Origin: Epithemia pelagica
Taxonomy: Eukaryota > Protista > Bacillariophyta
Reading direction: 5' to 3'
NCBI GenBank assembly: GCA_946965045.2
Contig: OX337228.1
Coordinates: forward strand, 2,294,001 to 2,358,000
Length of the DNA: 64,000 nucleotides
The notes under the pieces are model-generated. The model searched no databases, had not been told where the DNA came from, and saw only the letters and a program-made list of their open reading frames with translations. Shown here in pieces: positions 1 to 10,366 of the stretch. Made by a program: the position numbers and the translations under genes. Each line of letters starts with the position of its first letter. Within the stretch, counting starts at the first letter, position 1.

Positions 1-590
1 CGTCCCAGCTGGAGGAGATAGATGTCCTGGCCGCGAAAGGTAACCAAGCCACACCTATTCTCTGGTGGCAAAAGCGAATGCTGAACTTCTTTGTTGAAGG
101 ATTGAGCAACGTCATTCCCGTTGAAATTCTTCCTTTGTTTTGCGCACATGAGCTGCAAGATACTCTTTGCGGTAGTTCTGATGTTGACGTGGAAACGTTG
201 AAGCGGGTTGTTGAATACGAAGGTTATGATGGTGACGAACCAGTCATCCAGAATTTTTGGACTGTTCTTCGGGAATCGACCTCACATGACCGGAAAGCGT
301 TCTTACAATATGTTTGGGCAAGGAGTCGTTTGCCTTCACGCGTGGCGGATTTTGAGACACCATTCAAAATAATAAAGGATACCGCTAATTCTGGGGAACG
401 TGCGGACATGGCTCTCCCCAGTGCTTCGACGTGTTTCTTTTCACTTACCCTCCCGATGTACAGCAGTGTTGAAATTCTTCGACAAAAACTGTTGTTCGCT
501 ATTCATAATGTGACTACAATGGAAACTGACTTCCAAACAAATTTGTCTGAGGTGGCAGAGGGTTACCGCGCACTAGCGGGAGTACCATAG
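1..590 (+). CDS. 3' end of a HECT-domain E3 ubiquitin ligase (5' part outside window)
   Basis: Frame is open from position 3 to TAG at 590. HECT C-lobe motifs: ELQDTLCG, FWTVLRE, FLQYVWARSRLP, LPSASTCFFSLTLPMYSS..LRQKLLFAI (catalytic Cys in TCF). Confidence 0.92.
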   Translation, partial: SQLEEIDVLAAKGNQATPILWWQKRMLNFFVEGLSNVIPVEILPLFCAHELQDTLCGSSDVDVETLKRVVEYEGYDGDEPVIQNFWTVLRESTSHDRKAFLQYVWARSRLPSRVADFETPFKIIKDTANSGERADMALPSASTCFFSLTLPMYSSVEILRQKLLFAIHNVTTMETDFQTNLSEVAEGYRALAGVP

Positions 591-656
591 ACAGTAAGCA
601 AAATCATGGGATTCAAAATATAGACATGTAATCATCTTCATTCTTTGTTAACCATA

Positions 657-3554
657 TTAATTTAGCTCTTGAGCAATGTTGCTCGCTTGGTTCGGTTCGC
701 ATCGCGAATTGTTAGCGATGTGTTTCAATTTGGCTTCCAGCGCTACCATGAAAAACTGAATCGCCGTACTGCGCTTCTTCATTACGCACGAGAATAGAGC
801 AACGGCCTCACGAATTTGTTTTTCAGTTCGCGAAAGTTCCAGAATAACGTCACTCACGAGATGGCGGTCATCTTGATGAAAACAAAATAGCAGGTTCTCC
901 TCCCAGTTGTAGAACACCTCACTGAGCGCGTCTAAAGTTGACTTTTCCGACCTTGCCTTCTTGACAAAACAGAGGGCTTGCTCACGATCGGTTTCATGTA
1001 GCATCGAAATATTCACTTCTTTATGTTGGGAGACGGGTACACGGTCTTGAAAGTGGTCAATCATGCCTAACAAATCATTCATACCAGCATTTTCCATGTC
1101 ACTGGATTCAACGAAAAGGTTGTCGAACGACGACGTTAACTCGCTGGTGATGAGTGCTTGCCACAAACACGCTGTTTCCGGCGATAATCTCTCATTCGTA
1201 CGAGATGAAACTTGGATGCGACTGTGGCAACGCAAAACATCGTCATCATCGCTCTGGAAGCCAGCCTCGTGTCTATCCAGGTCGTCGATAAAAGGGCATT
1301 CGATCTTGACTGCAACTTCATCGATCTGGGGGCACTCTTTGGCATAAAGGTCGTTGTCTTCAGACTCATCATGGTCCGACAGCTGAGCGTCTCTAACTTC
1401 TCCATTAACAATTTGCGTTAAAGTTGCCTGAATACCTTGCCTCTTCACTCCAAAGAGTCGTGATTGCGCCTTCTCCACCATGTGGTTCGCTAATGGGTTT
1501 CTCGGTTCAGCATGGTCCAATTTGTCATCGAGTTCTTTAGAATCAGGGAGGAACCACGATTTTTCAACGTTTTCTCCAATTTTCATGAGCCGTTCTCGTT
1601 TTTTCCACATGTCGCGGCGGTGTGCTTTGAGTCGCCGCCGCAAGCTGTCTTCTTCACTGGAATAGCGTTCCACAAGTTTTTCCAACTTTTGTAGTCGGCT
1701 TATCAATGCCTTCTCAATCGCAACATCTGACTGGGACATATCCAAGGGAATCTTCTCTTCGTTTTTAAATCGACCTTGCATACACGGGCAACTCTTACAT
1801 TGTTGGCAAGTCATCGATCGAGGTCTTATCTTTTCGTTCTGTACCCGACTAGTGGACGTCACCTTGCTTCGGTCGGAAATATCTGAGGATTTAGAATCCT
1901 TTCGTCTTTCACCACACGTTTCTTTTTCACACAGAAGAGATTTCTTTCCTGATCCAGCCGTTCTGCCCCTAGCTCGTGATTTTGTTGAATCACTCGATTT
2001 GCTCTTTGGGTTTTCTTTGTTAATTACCGCCTTCGTCTCTGGTCGATCCTGTTGAGGCGGGTGGCTCGCGGCGAAATGACCAGGTGATATCATGTCATCA
2101 CCGGGATCTTTTCCGGACTCGTCGACACCCTGACTTGGCGCACAAGAGAATTGCTGTATTGAGCGAGTAGGGTGGCATGTCCTTTCGTCTCGATCCGCGT
2201 TGTCCCTGGGCGAGTCCTTGATCGCTTCCGGTCGAAGCTGCGACAATGGCAAGGTTTTGGACGGAACCAATGAGGATGCATCATTCTGACTCTCTGCCTG
2301 TCGTCGCGCCATTGCTTCGAGAACAGTTTCCTTCACATGTGATTTCATCTTTTTTGTCAGCCGCACCCCATGATCCGATTCTAGCATTGCGTAGACGTCT
2401 TTCAAGGTGACTTTGGTGGGATCCCTCGGCTCAAGATAGGCCTGTAGGATCTCGGTTAGTTGATTGTTATCGATATGTGACACTGCCCTTTTAACAGTTG
2501 TTTCTTGACCAGTGTTAGGACGTTCGCAATGATTATCCGACGCGGTCTTGTTTGGACTCAAATTTTCGCATTTGACATGCGACTCAACAAGACTTTTGTT
2601 CGCGGCATCCGGTCGTTGTGATATAATGGGATCCTTTGGTGTTTCTTCATGACATTTGGTTATTGATTGTGTGGACTGCGTTCCGTACTGCACACTTTGT
2701 TTTTCCCGTTTAATGGAAGAAAAGATTGGCTTTGACAATAAAAGTTCGTCATCGGATGAATCGTCGGAAAGCAGACTCAGCTCATCCGAAACCTTTCTCG
2801 TATTGGATGACGGAGATGGACTACTCGCCTTGGACTTTTTGTTGACTTGAGTTAAATCAACGTTTGAATGGCCCGTCTGTTGACTTGACGTAATGCTACG
2901 CTTGGATCCTCTGTGGGACAATTTGCTGTTGTTGTCAATACTGAGAAATGCTCGTTCGGCCCTTTCAATTTCGTCGTCAATGTTAAAGGATGGGAGCGGT
3001 GGCATAGTCCGTTTTCGCCGACGTCGGCGATTCTTTTTGTGGCTACTAGAAGTACTGCTGTTGCTTTTCGCCGACGCTTGCAACAGCGTCTCATCTTTGT
3101 CAATCTCCACAATCGGTGACGATGGTTGCGATAACAATGCCGTCGTTTCTCGGATGCAAGTTTCCCTGGTCTTCCATCGGCACGTTGTGCCCGAGTTGTT
3201 GCGTCGTGAGAAGGATCGCTCCTGACCAGCCGACTTTTCCACACAGCGAGAGAGGCTGAATCCTATCATGGAATTGTCGGGACAAAGAGACATTGTATCG
3301 ACCAGGGCTATTAAAAGGTTATCGACTTTGACAAAACTCTTGGAATGAAAAGGCAAATCGCGCCAAAGTCGACAAACTGCGATCAAAAAATGGGCGGAAG
3401 AAAGTGGAACATGGTTAGAAGGCGTGACGCGCCTGTCGGCCCAACAAGAGAGCGTGGTCATCCGTTGGATGGGCCGAATGCCGAGAGGGCAACCACCAAC
3501 ACGTGCACCAAGGAACCGTAATCCGTGGCGTTGGACCTTATCTGTTGTGAACAC
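657..3554 (-). CDS. Large low-complexity nuclear-type protein with a DEK_C-like helical domain; true start uncertain (ATG at 3293 or 3005)
   Basis: 965-aa ORF. Basic NLS-like HKKNRRRRRKR. DEK_C-like segment LTEILQAYLEPRDPTKVTLKDVYAMLESDHGVRLTKKMKSHVKETVLE (~2300-2470). CQQCKSCPC motif and a coiled-coil C-terminus. Confidence 0.7.
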   Translation of the reverse strand: MFTTDKVQRHGLRFLGARVGGCPLGIRPIQRMTTLSCWADRRVTPSNHVPLSSAHFLIAVCRLWRDLPFHSKSFVKVDNLLIALVDTMSLCPDNSMIGFSLSRCVEKSAGQERSFSRRNNSGTTCRWKTRETCIRETTALLSQPSSPIVEIDKDETLLQASAKSNSSTSSSHKKNRRRRRKRTMPPLPSFNIDDEIERAERAFLSIDNNSKLSHRGSKRSITSSQQTGHSNVDLTQVNKKSKASSPSPSSNTRKVSDELSLLSDDSSDDELLLSKPIFSSIKREKQSVQYGTQSTQSITKCHEETPKDPIISQRPDAANKSLVESHVKCENLSPNKTASDNHCERPNTGQETTVKRAVSHIDNNQLTEILQAYLEPRDPTKVTLKDVYAMLESDHGVRLTKKMKSHVKETVLEAMARRQAESQNDASSLVPSKTLPLSQLRPEAIKDSPRDNADRDERTCHPTRSIQQFSCAPSQGVDESGKDPGDDMISPGHFAASHPPQQDRPETKAVINKENPKSKSSDSTKSRARGRTAGSGKKSLLCEKETCGERRKDSKSSDISDRSKVTSTSRVQNEKIRPRSMTCQQCKSCPCMQGRFKNEEKIPLDMSQSDVAIEKALISRLQKLEKLVERYSSEEDSLRRRLKAHRRDMWKKRERLMKIGENVEKSWFLPDSKELDDKLDHAEPRNPLANHMVEKAQSRLFGVKRQGIQATLTQIVNGEVRDAQLSDHDESEDNDLYAKECPQIDEVAVKIECPFIDDLDRHEAGFQSDDDDVLRCHSRIQVSSRTNERLSPETACLWQALITSELTSSFDNLFVESSDMENAGMNDLLGMIDHFQDRVPVSQHKEVNISMLHETDREQALCFVKKARSEKSTLDALSEVFYNWEENLLFCFHQDDRHLVSDVILELSRTEKQIREAVALFSCVMKKRSTAIQFFMVALEAKLKHIANNSRCEPNQASNIAQELN

Positions 3555-3597
3555 TACGACGACGAAGGGCCATGGTCATGTTGGTTTTTGTCATGTG

Positions 3598-3900
3598 TCA
3601 TATGCACCAAGAGAATAGTCCACAGCAGAACAAACTAGGGTTGTCGTCTTCTCTCCCTCTTTTCTGATGATTTTCCCATTGCTCTACGACTGATCTTTTC
3701 CGTTCGGCACGGTCCTGCTTTTTCTGTTCGTATTCTCGAACACGATCTTTTCGTCGTTGCTTCGACTCTTCTTTCGTGGCACAACCTCGTACGCTATTCG
3801 CGCGGTCCAAACGGCGATTCACGGCGGCCAAGGAATTGTGGCTTTTGAAACTCTTTCGTATAGATTCCCGTCGTCGATTCGTTGTGGCATGAGTGGGCAT
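3598..3900 (-). CDS. Small basic protein (~100 aa) with Cys-rich hydrophobic C-terminus
   Basis: ATG at 3900 (MPTHATT...). Arg/Lys/Glu coiled-coil-like body ending LFCCGLFSWCI. Confidence 0.45.
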   Translation of the reverse strand: MPTHATTNRRRESIRKSFKSHNSLAAVNRRLDRANSVRGCATKEESKQRRKDRVREYEQKKQDRAERKRSVVEQWENHQKRGREDDNPSLFCCGLFSWCI

Positions 3901-4458
3901 GACGACAAAACAAACGACGACGGTTTTTCCCTCCACTAAGAATCACAACCGATCGGCAACCGAATACAATAGATCATGGAGTCCACCGACCCTCGAGCAA
4001 CAATCTCGTTCCTCCTCCTTCGGGATGCGTTCCAAATTCCAGTCGATCACGATCGTGATCGTGTCTAGAAACAACCGTTTGGATGGAACAATCGACACAC
4101 GATCAAAGGCTTGTCGAATTTTCGAATGACTTCTAATTATTGGGAGGGTCGGCGGATCGAAAGACGACCTCGCTCGCCGATGGTCGTGCTTCCCCAGAAT
4201 TCAAACTTATTCAAATTTAGGTTTGCTACAAGTATGTAGGTCCTCGCGTGACTGGTTTGAATCCTTGATTCATTTTGAATGTCACACGCGAGCAGTTCCT
4301 CATTTTTTCGAAAACCGACACATCTCTCCCCTGGTCATCTCTGGTCATGCCACAAACTCAAAAGAACAGACACTGGAGGTCTTTGCCAAACAATCTTGTG
4401 GTTGCATTGTCCGTTCAATCTCTAGAAAGGTTATCTGAAATTGAAGTTGTAAAGCAGA

Positions 4459-6279
4459 ATGCGTCAAAATCGAAAAGGTCGTAGTCGCAAACACAGTGAA
4501 GGCGGAAGAGCCGTCGAACTGGATTGCCATGATGCCAGTCTCGCCAGTGGAGGGGCTCAGCAGTACCTCATTTACGATCAGCAGCTTCGTGCTCTCATGA
4601 TGAACTCGACGGCCAATGGGGGATTCGACGCAGCGTCAACAATTGGAGGTGATGAGTCTTTGGCGGGAATGGATGTCCAATCGTTGGGGATTTCTTTTGA
4701 CGGGGAGTCCATTCTCATGCCCACCACTCATGGCGGCGAACCGGTACCCTTGACGGCCATTCCAGGACGAGCAGACTGCAGCAGCATTCATGGGGACTTT
4801 GAAGAGAGCAATATTATTTTCGGAGACGAAGAAGAGCCACCACCACCTTCCTCATCTTTGGCCCACGATCGAGTCTACGCGGCCATTGTGGATGAAGATG
4901 GTCGAATAACACTCAAGGAGGTCACTGCGCCAATGAAGCTGGTTTCCTCCTTGCCACCTTCTGCATCCCAAAAGAGACAGGAATCATTGACCACAACGCT
5001 CCCCACACATGACCTCAATCCTTCGGATCCTCCCAATCTCCTTGATCGTTCGTCTAGATCGCGCCGATGTTGCTGCCCCACCTGGATCACGGATGCTCCC
5101 TTTTCCCTCAAGGTCTATATACTTGGAGCACTGGTTCTGTTTCTAGGCTCCATGTCCCTGACTGTCTATACCATCTATGAACTTGGTAAGAATGAGTCCA
5201 GCAACAGCTCTTCTCCGACAGTCGTCGGAGACAACTTCAACGACAAGGGTTACAATAGGCCACCTACTCAAGTTGACGTGCCACCCCCCTCGCCTACGAA
5301 AGCGTCCTCTCCAACAGCATCCCCAACACCGCTCCCAGTCATGGTCGAACCGGTCGTCCGATCTCCTTTTGTGCCAATGGATACAACTGTGTATGACACG
5401 ACGGCGCTAAGTTTCTACCTTGTCGCCGGAGCATTGAGCAATGGAGATTTGGCCAGATTGACAGACTTGCCTACGACACAGTCCTCCAGTGCGACCATTT
5501 CTCCATCCGTTTTGGAAGCCTTTCCCTTTCTGGTGAACCTGGGTTCCTGGAGTGCAGAGAGTTCTTTGACTGAATCTTTGTCCTGTCCCAGTTCCATGTA
5601 CGAATCGGTCGCTACCCAATACCAAAGTTCTTCCGTACCCGTCATGTTTGTCATGGGAGATGACGAAGTCACCAATTGTCCAGGCCCCGATCTGGCACTG
5701 GAACAATGGAGGCAAACCTTGGGAAACTCTGTACAACAACACAATTCGTTTGACAACTCGGATTGGCAATGGTGGACTAAACCCGACCGACCGGAAAAAT
5801 TTTCGTTTGTCTTTGGATCCGTCTTGTTTGTCGGCTTGTATCTACCCCAAGAACCACTTCTAAATAGTGCCGGGACACCATCCACTTCCGCCTACAATAC
5901 TTATGACTGGAATTTGGAATATGCATCCGACAACTTGGATTGGGTCAAGGTTAACTTTGAATATGCGAGCGAGAGTACTCGTGTCATGGTCCTGTTCACG
6001 AGCAACCCCGTGGACTCCAATTCCATGTTCAATTTGGCTTTGACGGAACAAATCATTACCAACTACGAAATGGTTCGCATCATTTCCATCAATGCGAGTG
6101 GTAATGGAACCGCCAGTCTGAATTCTCAATTTCAAGGAGTTGGCAATTGGGATGTCATCAACGTTCCATCCTCGGCCTGGCCCCCCACCAAAGTGGACGT
6201 GGTTGTCCAAGAACCGCAGCTGCCCAACGAGAGAGCCATTGTTTCCGTCACGGTGGACCAAGATCAGTGGCTTGTCTAA
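4459..6279 (+). CDS. Single-pass membrane protein with a degenerate calcineurin-like metallophosphoesterase-fold ectodomain
   Basis: 606-aa ORF. TM segment VYILGALVLFLGSMSLTVYTIY, then a Pro/Thr stalk, then FYLVAG, FLVNLGS, VPVMFVMGDDEVTNC and RPEKFSFVFGSVLFVGL. These resemble the diatom GDNEWNDC phosphoesterase family. Confidence 0.75.
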   Translation: MRQNRKGRSRKHSEGGRAVELDCHDASLASGGAQQYLIYDQQLRALMMNSTANGGFDAASTIGGDESLAGMDVQSLGISFDGESILMPTTHGGEPVPLTAIPGRADCSSIHGDFEESNIIFGDEEEPPPPSSSLAHDRVYAAIVDEDGRITLKEVTAPMKLVSSLPPSASQKRQESLTTTLPTHDLNPSDPPNLLDRSSRSRRCCCPTWITDAPFSLKVYILGALVLFLGSMSLTVYTIYELGKNESSNSSSPTVVGDNFNDKGYNRPPTQVDVPPPSPTKASSPTASPTPLPVMVEPVVRSPFVPMDTTVYDTTALSFYLVAGALSNGDLARLTDLPTTQSSSATISPSVLEAFPFLVNLGSWSAESSLTESLSCPSSMYESVATQYQSSSVPVMFVMGDDEVTNCPGPDLALEQWRQTLGNSVQQHNSFDNSDWQWWTKPDRPEKFSFVFGSVLFVGLYLPQEPLLNSAGTPSTSAYNTYDWNLEYASDNLDWVKVNFEYASESTRVMVLFTSNPVDSNSMFNLALTEQIITNYEMVRIISINASGNGTASLNSQFQGVGNWDVINVPSSAWPPTKVDVVVQEPQLPNERAIVSVTVDQDQWLV

Positions 6280-6378
6280 AGTTTGTATCCAGCTTGTGCT
6301 AACGTCGCTGCTTTGAATTTGTATACTTTTTGATAAAATATTATTTATTGTCATTGTCAGGATTGGTTTGTCTTCCAT

Positions 6379-9300
6379 TCATTTTTTTTTAGAACGATCT
6401 TTACTAGGATAAGCTACTCCTAAGCGGCGAGCTGGCAAAGGAGTGGGGCGTCGTCTGTGGGCGTGATGAACTCCGTCATCGGTATTGGGGAATAGATAGG
6501 TGTGACTTTGTGTTATGCGAACTTGTTGTCGTTGATGATGGGCTCGGATGGCAGCGATACTGTTGTTGGCGTGGGTTGCCAGTCCGGAGACGATGGCGTG
6601 GCTCAGGGAGGCTTTTGCGAAATGGCCGATGGAGAAAATGTTGGCTTCACGGTAGCAGAATTTTTTGACTTGTTTGTTGGCGGCACCCAGAAGATTGGAC
6701 GGCGCATGGTCGAGTTGTTGGTACAGGGCAAAGGCTTGTGGGTGGGGGAGACTGCGGCCGTTCGCCTTTCCAAAATGTGGATCGTCCCACGAGGGAGGAA
6801 TTGTGGTGGAAAATACGTGAGGGTAGTGGCTCGATGAGAAAAGTAATTTGTCGGCAAAAGATCCCAAGGATCCGAGGTGGTCAACCGTGAATGGCAAGAG
6901 GTAAACACCTTGATGGAGGAGGTGTTGGGCCGTGTCCGGGTCACGACAATACTTTGCCCGAGCAGCGTCTTGATGCGTCTTTGAAGCACATTGTGCAAGT
7001 GTAAAGTGGTCAGACGGGTCAAGAGTTGGCTGGGGAAGCTGTGGCGGCGGAACGGTGATGTCAATTGCAACGTATCGAAATGGGTCGTTGCGGTGTGGTT
7101 GGGTAAGAAGCATGCCGACGTCGGCCGGGCGGATGTTTCTATTGTGTTGGGGGGCAAGGCCGGGCGGTTCCACATGAACGTCATGTGGTGAATCCACCGC
7201 TTTGGCGGCGAGCGCGATTTGGCGTAGTAGGTCAAAGAGGGTGTCGCGTATCGCGTTGGAGAGGGCCGTTTTGGACGCGGCACTGCATGAGAAGAGATGG
7301 TCGCCATGCGGGTCCAACGTTTTCTTGGCTGTACAACGGCAGACCGTGGACCGTTCCAGTTCATCTGTCGTGAACAAGGGCAAGCGAAGTTTTCGCCGCA
7401 GAGCTGTCCGAAAGATGTTGTTGGTCAATCGGAATTGGGAGGCAGTTAGTGGCATGGTAAGTGCCATGCTGGTGAGGGGGTTGAGGAGGGACGGGAGAAA
7501 AATTCGTTGTTCCGCCGGCGTGGTTTCCATCAAATGAGGCATCACGTGCTCTCGCAAAATGTGGTTAGTTTGTCCGTGGTGGGTGTTGTGGTCGAATCTG
7601 GATGGGTCGAAAAGGGCATCGTCTGCTTGTTCGTTTGCCAGCAGCGATAGGGCTTTTCGAAACGTGACCATTCCCGGTTTGGTGCTCTGTTGCCAGTTTT
7701 CGTATTCCTGTCTGTGGATGGAGGGGACGGGTGTCGCGGTGGAAGTGGCGAGTTGAATCGCACGAGCCGTCTGGGTGATGAGTCGTGGGTAGGCTGCAGC
7801 CGCTGCATGGTGGAATCCCAGTCCGCCCAGGCGTTGAGGGAGAGAGGCAATGAGAGTGGATGGGACAATGATTGCGTCTTCGGGCAGGGATGTCGTCACG
7901 GCCAGGAACTTGACAATCAAACGGTCGGTTTGCTGTGTGACCGGGCTGGACCAAAGGGTGGTTCGTGGGTTGGTGGCTTGATGGGCCAGAAGGATTCTGC
8001 TGGGAGCAGGTGAAGGATCGACGCCATGATCGAGTAACGGAAGAGTGCTCCTTTCGTTTGCAAATCGTGCAGTTGGTCCAGGTATTCGATTCTTTCGTTC
8101 ATCTTGGTGAGTTTTTGATTTATGTATGTCCGGGCAAACTGGATGGAACCGATTGGTTGCCCCAGGAAACGGACCGGGCAAACTGGATGGAACCGATTGG
8201 TTGCCCCAGGAAACGGACTCCGTCGGTGATCTCTGCCGAGTGTGGGTCTGTTGGTGACAGGAATGTGAGTGCTTTGTCAAGCCCTTCTCGATTCAGGATG
8301 GAGAGCTGTGGACTGGTTCCCGTTGTGGAGGTGAGAATTTTTGTTTTTCTTTGGTTCATGATGATTCCTAACGGCTTGCCCAGTTTGTTGAAGCGGTTGA
8401 GGAACCAATGGAGGTCAGTATGGGGCAGGCATACCGAGGTATCGTCCATAATGGACGCTGTATGTGCTTTGCCACCCATACCATCGTCTGCTGGGTCGCC
8501 TTGGCGTAATCGTTGTGTGGCACGAAGGGCCTGTTCTTTGTTAATTTTGGTTGTCAGTGCGAGGAGGACTAAGCATGAGAACAGAGGGCTCAAGGGGCAG
8601 CCCTGGGGGAACCCTGCTTCTTGGAGGAGGTATTGTGCTTGTTTGCACTCGTCGAAGTACCATGAATGGCATGGTTGATTGGTCAGTAGATCAAACAGGG
8701 GGACGAGTGGCGCCGTTGCTGGTTCGGAGAGCAGGATTTTGCGGGCCTCGGTCCTGGAAATGTTGTTAAACATGTTTGTCAGGTCTAGGAGGACCAGACT
8801 TCGGCTCGGTGGAGGAGGTTCTTTGTTTGTTGTGTCGTCTTGTCGGTCGATGAAACGGCGGACAGCGGACGCGGTGGTTTGGGCCACAAAATCCACTCCT
8901 CCAGGGATTTGTATTCCGTATTGGCCACCTTTTAGGAGCAAGGGTCGGATGGACTCTGTCTGGTGGACTAGTGCCGTTTTCGCCGCCACTCGTCGAATGG
9001 CGGTGCCGATACCGATTGGACGCAACCGTTCGGGGTTGGTGATGTCCTTGTGGAGGGCAAGGAAATAGTTGCTGGACAAAACGGTCCTGATCGTGGGTGG
9101 GATTTGGGCAGTGATGACAAGTTGCATGAGGGCCTTGATGTGGGAGAAGTAGGGCCGCGTTGCGTCGGGAGATTTCGTGGTCCTGTGGAGGGCCATGGAT
9201 ACGATGACGTCGATACAATTTGCAAAGGGACCCGAAGCCGTTCCTGGCTTCATTTGTCGAAGCGCTGTTTCAAAGAGGTCGTCCTTGAGTTTCAGCATTT

Positions 9301-10366
9301 GGTTGGCTTCTGGTGGATGGTTGGTGGATCGTTGACCGCCGGTTCTGGTCGCAGGTGGTGGCTGTCTGCGTGGCGGGAAGAGTTCGTCTTGGCACCTTGC
9401 AATTCGCGTTGGAGTGAGCGTTGCTGTTGGTGTGTTGGTGGTGAGACGCTGGAAGGCGGCTCTATAGTTGCCGAGATCTGCTGCCTGTTGTGCCGCGGCG
9501 AGTCTCCAGGAGGGAAGCTTTCCGTCGTGTTGATGGCGCTGTCGTTGTTGCCTTTTCTTGTTTCCTTGGTTCTGCTTGCCTGTGGTTGTCGGAAGCGGTG
9601 TTGGGTTCCATGTTTGGTTGTGAAGGTCTTGTAGCCGGCCGGCCTTGAGCAGGGACAATCTGGCTTTGAGGGCATTTGAGTGGGAGAGGTGGATGGTGCC
9701 TTGGATGGGAGCGAGAAGGAGTGGTTCTAAGAGCATAAGTAGTTTCCAGAACGGACTCGCGTCTGTTTGGTAACTCGGGGGTCGTTCATCTCGGATGACT
9801 GATGGGTTCATCTCTGGAGTGGCGTCGAGGATCCAGGAGACGGTGTTGTTGTACATGGTGTAGAATTCTGCTCTGGCGGGTGGTTTTAGCTTATGCCAGA
9901 TGGAGCGACGGAAAGGTGGTGGTGTCATTTCCAGTTGGTGGAGAAAGGACAGGCTTCTGGTCCAGTTTGTTTCGACTTCCGGAGTAGCATGTCTGAAGGT
10001 TGACAGCACTAGTTGAAGATTGTTTTTGTTTCTACTATGTTTTTTCGTTATGTGTTGTTTGAGGTGGCCCGTTGTAGTGAAGATGGCGGTTGGTGTATCA
10101 CAGTGGTGGCAGAGATGGAATCCGTGTTGGTGGCAAAAGGTTGGAGTCATGTAGTCGCTTGGGTGTGTGTTGTCGTGTTCGGTGATGATATGCTCTTTCA
10201 GGTGGGCATGTGGTCTTGTGCTGTGTCTCGGTACTTGCCACGGGCAGCCAGGCACTGGGCAGTGACGAGGTGGGTTGATTCTTGTGTTACTCATTCGGCG
10301 CCTTGGCCCATTCTGCATGTGGGTCCACATGGCCGATGCGGGAGTCGGCGACGCTGGCATCCCCAT
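6379..10366 (-). pseudogene. Retrotransposon ORF2 (ZnF-RT-zinc knuckle-RLE), split into three frames
   Basis: Pieces: 10366/10294 to ~8174, then 8129 to ~7996 (TYINQKLTKMNERIEYLDQLHDLQTK...), then ~7995 to 6379. Breaks are a 44-bp tandem duplication (8130-8173 = 8174-8217) and an apparent 1-bp loss at ~7995. Confidence 0.88.
8130..8217. repeat. Perfect 44-bp tandem duplication inside the RT ORF
   Basis: ccgggcaaactggatggaaccgattggttgccccaggaaacgga occurs twice head-to-tail. Confidence 0.97.
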
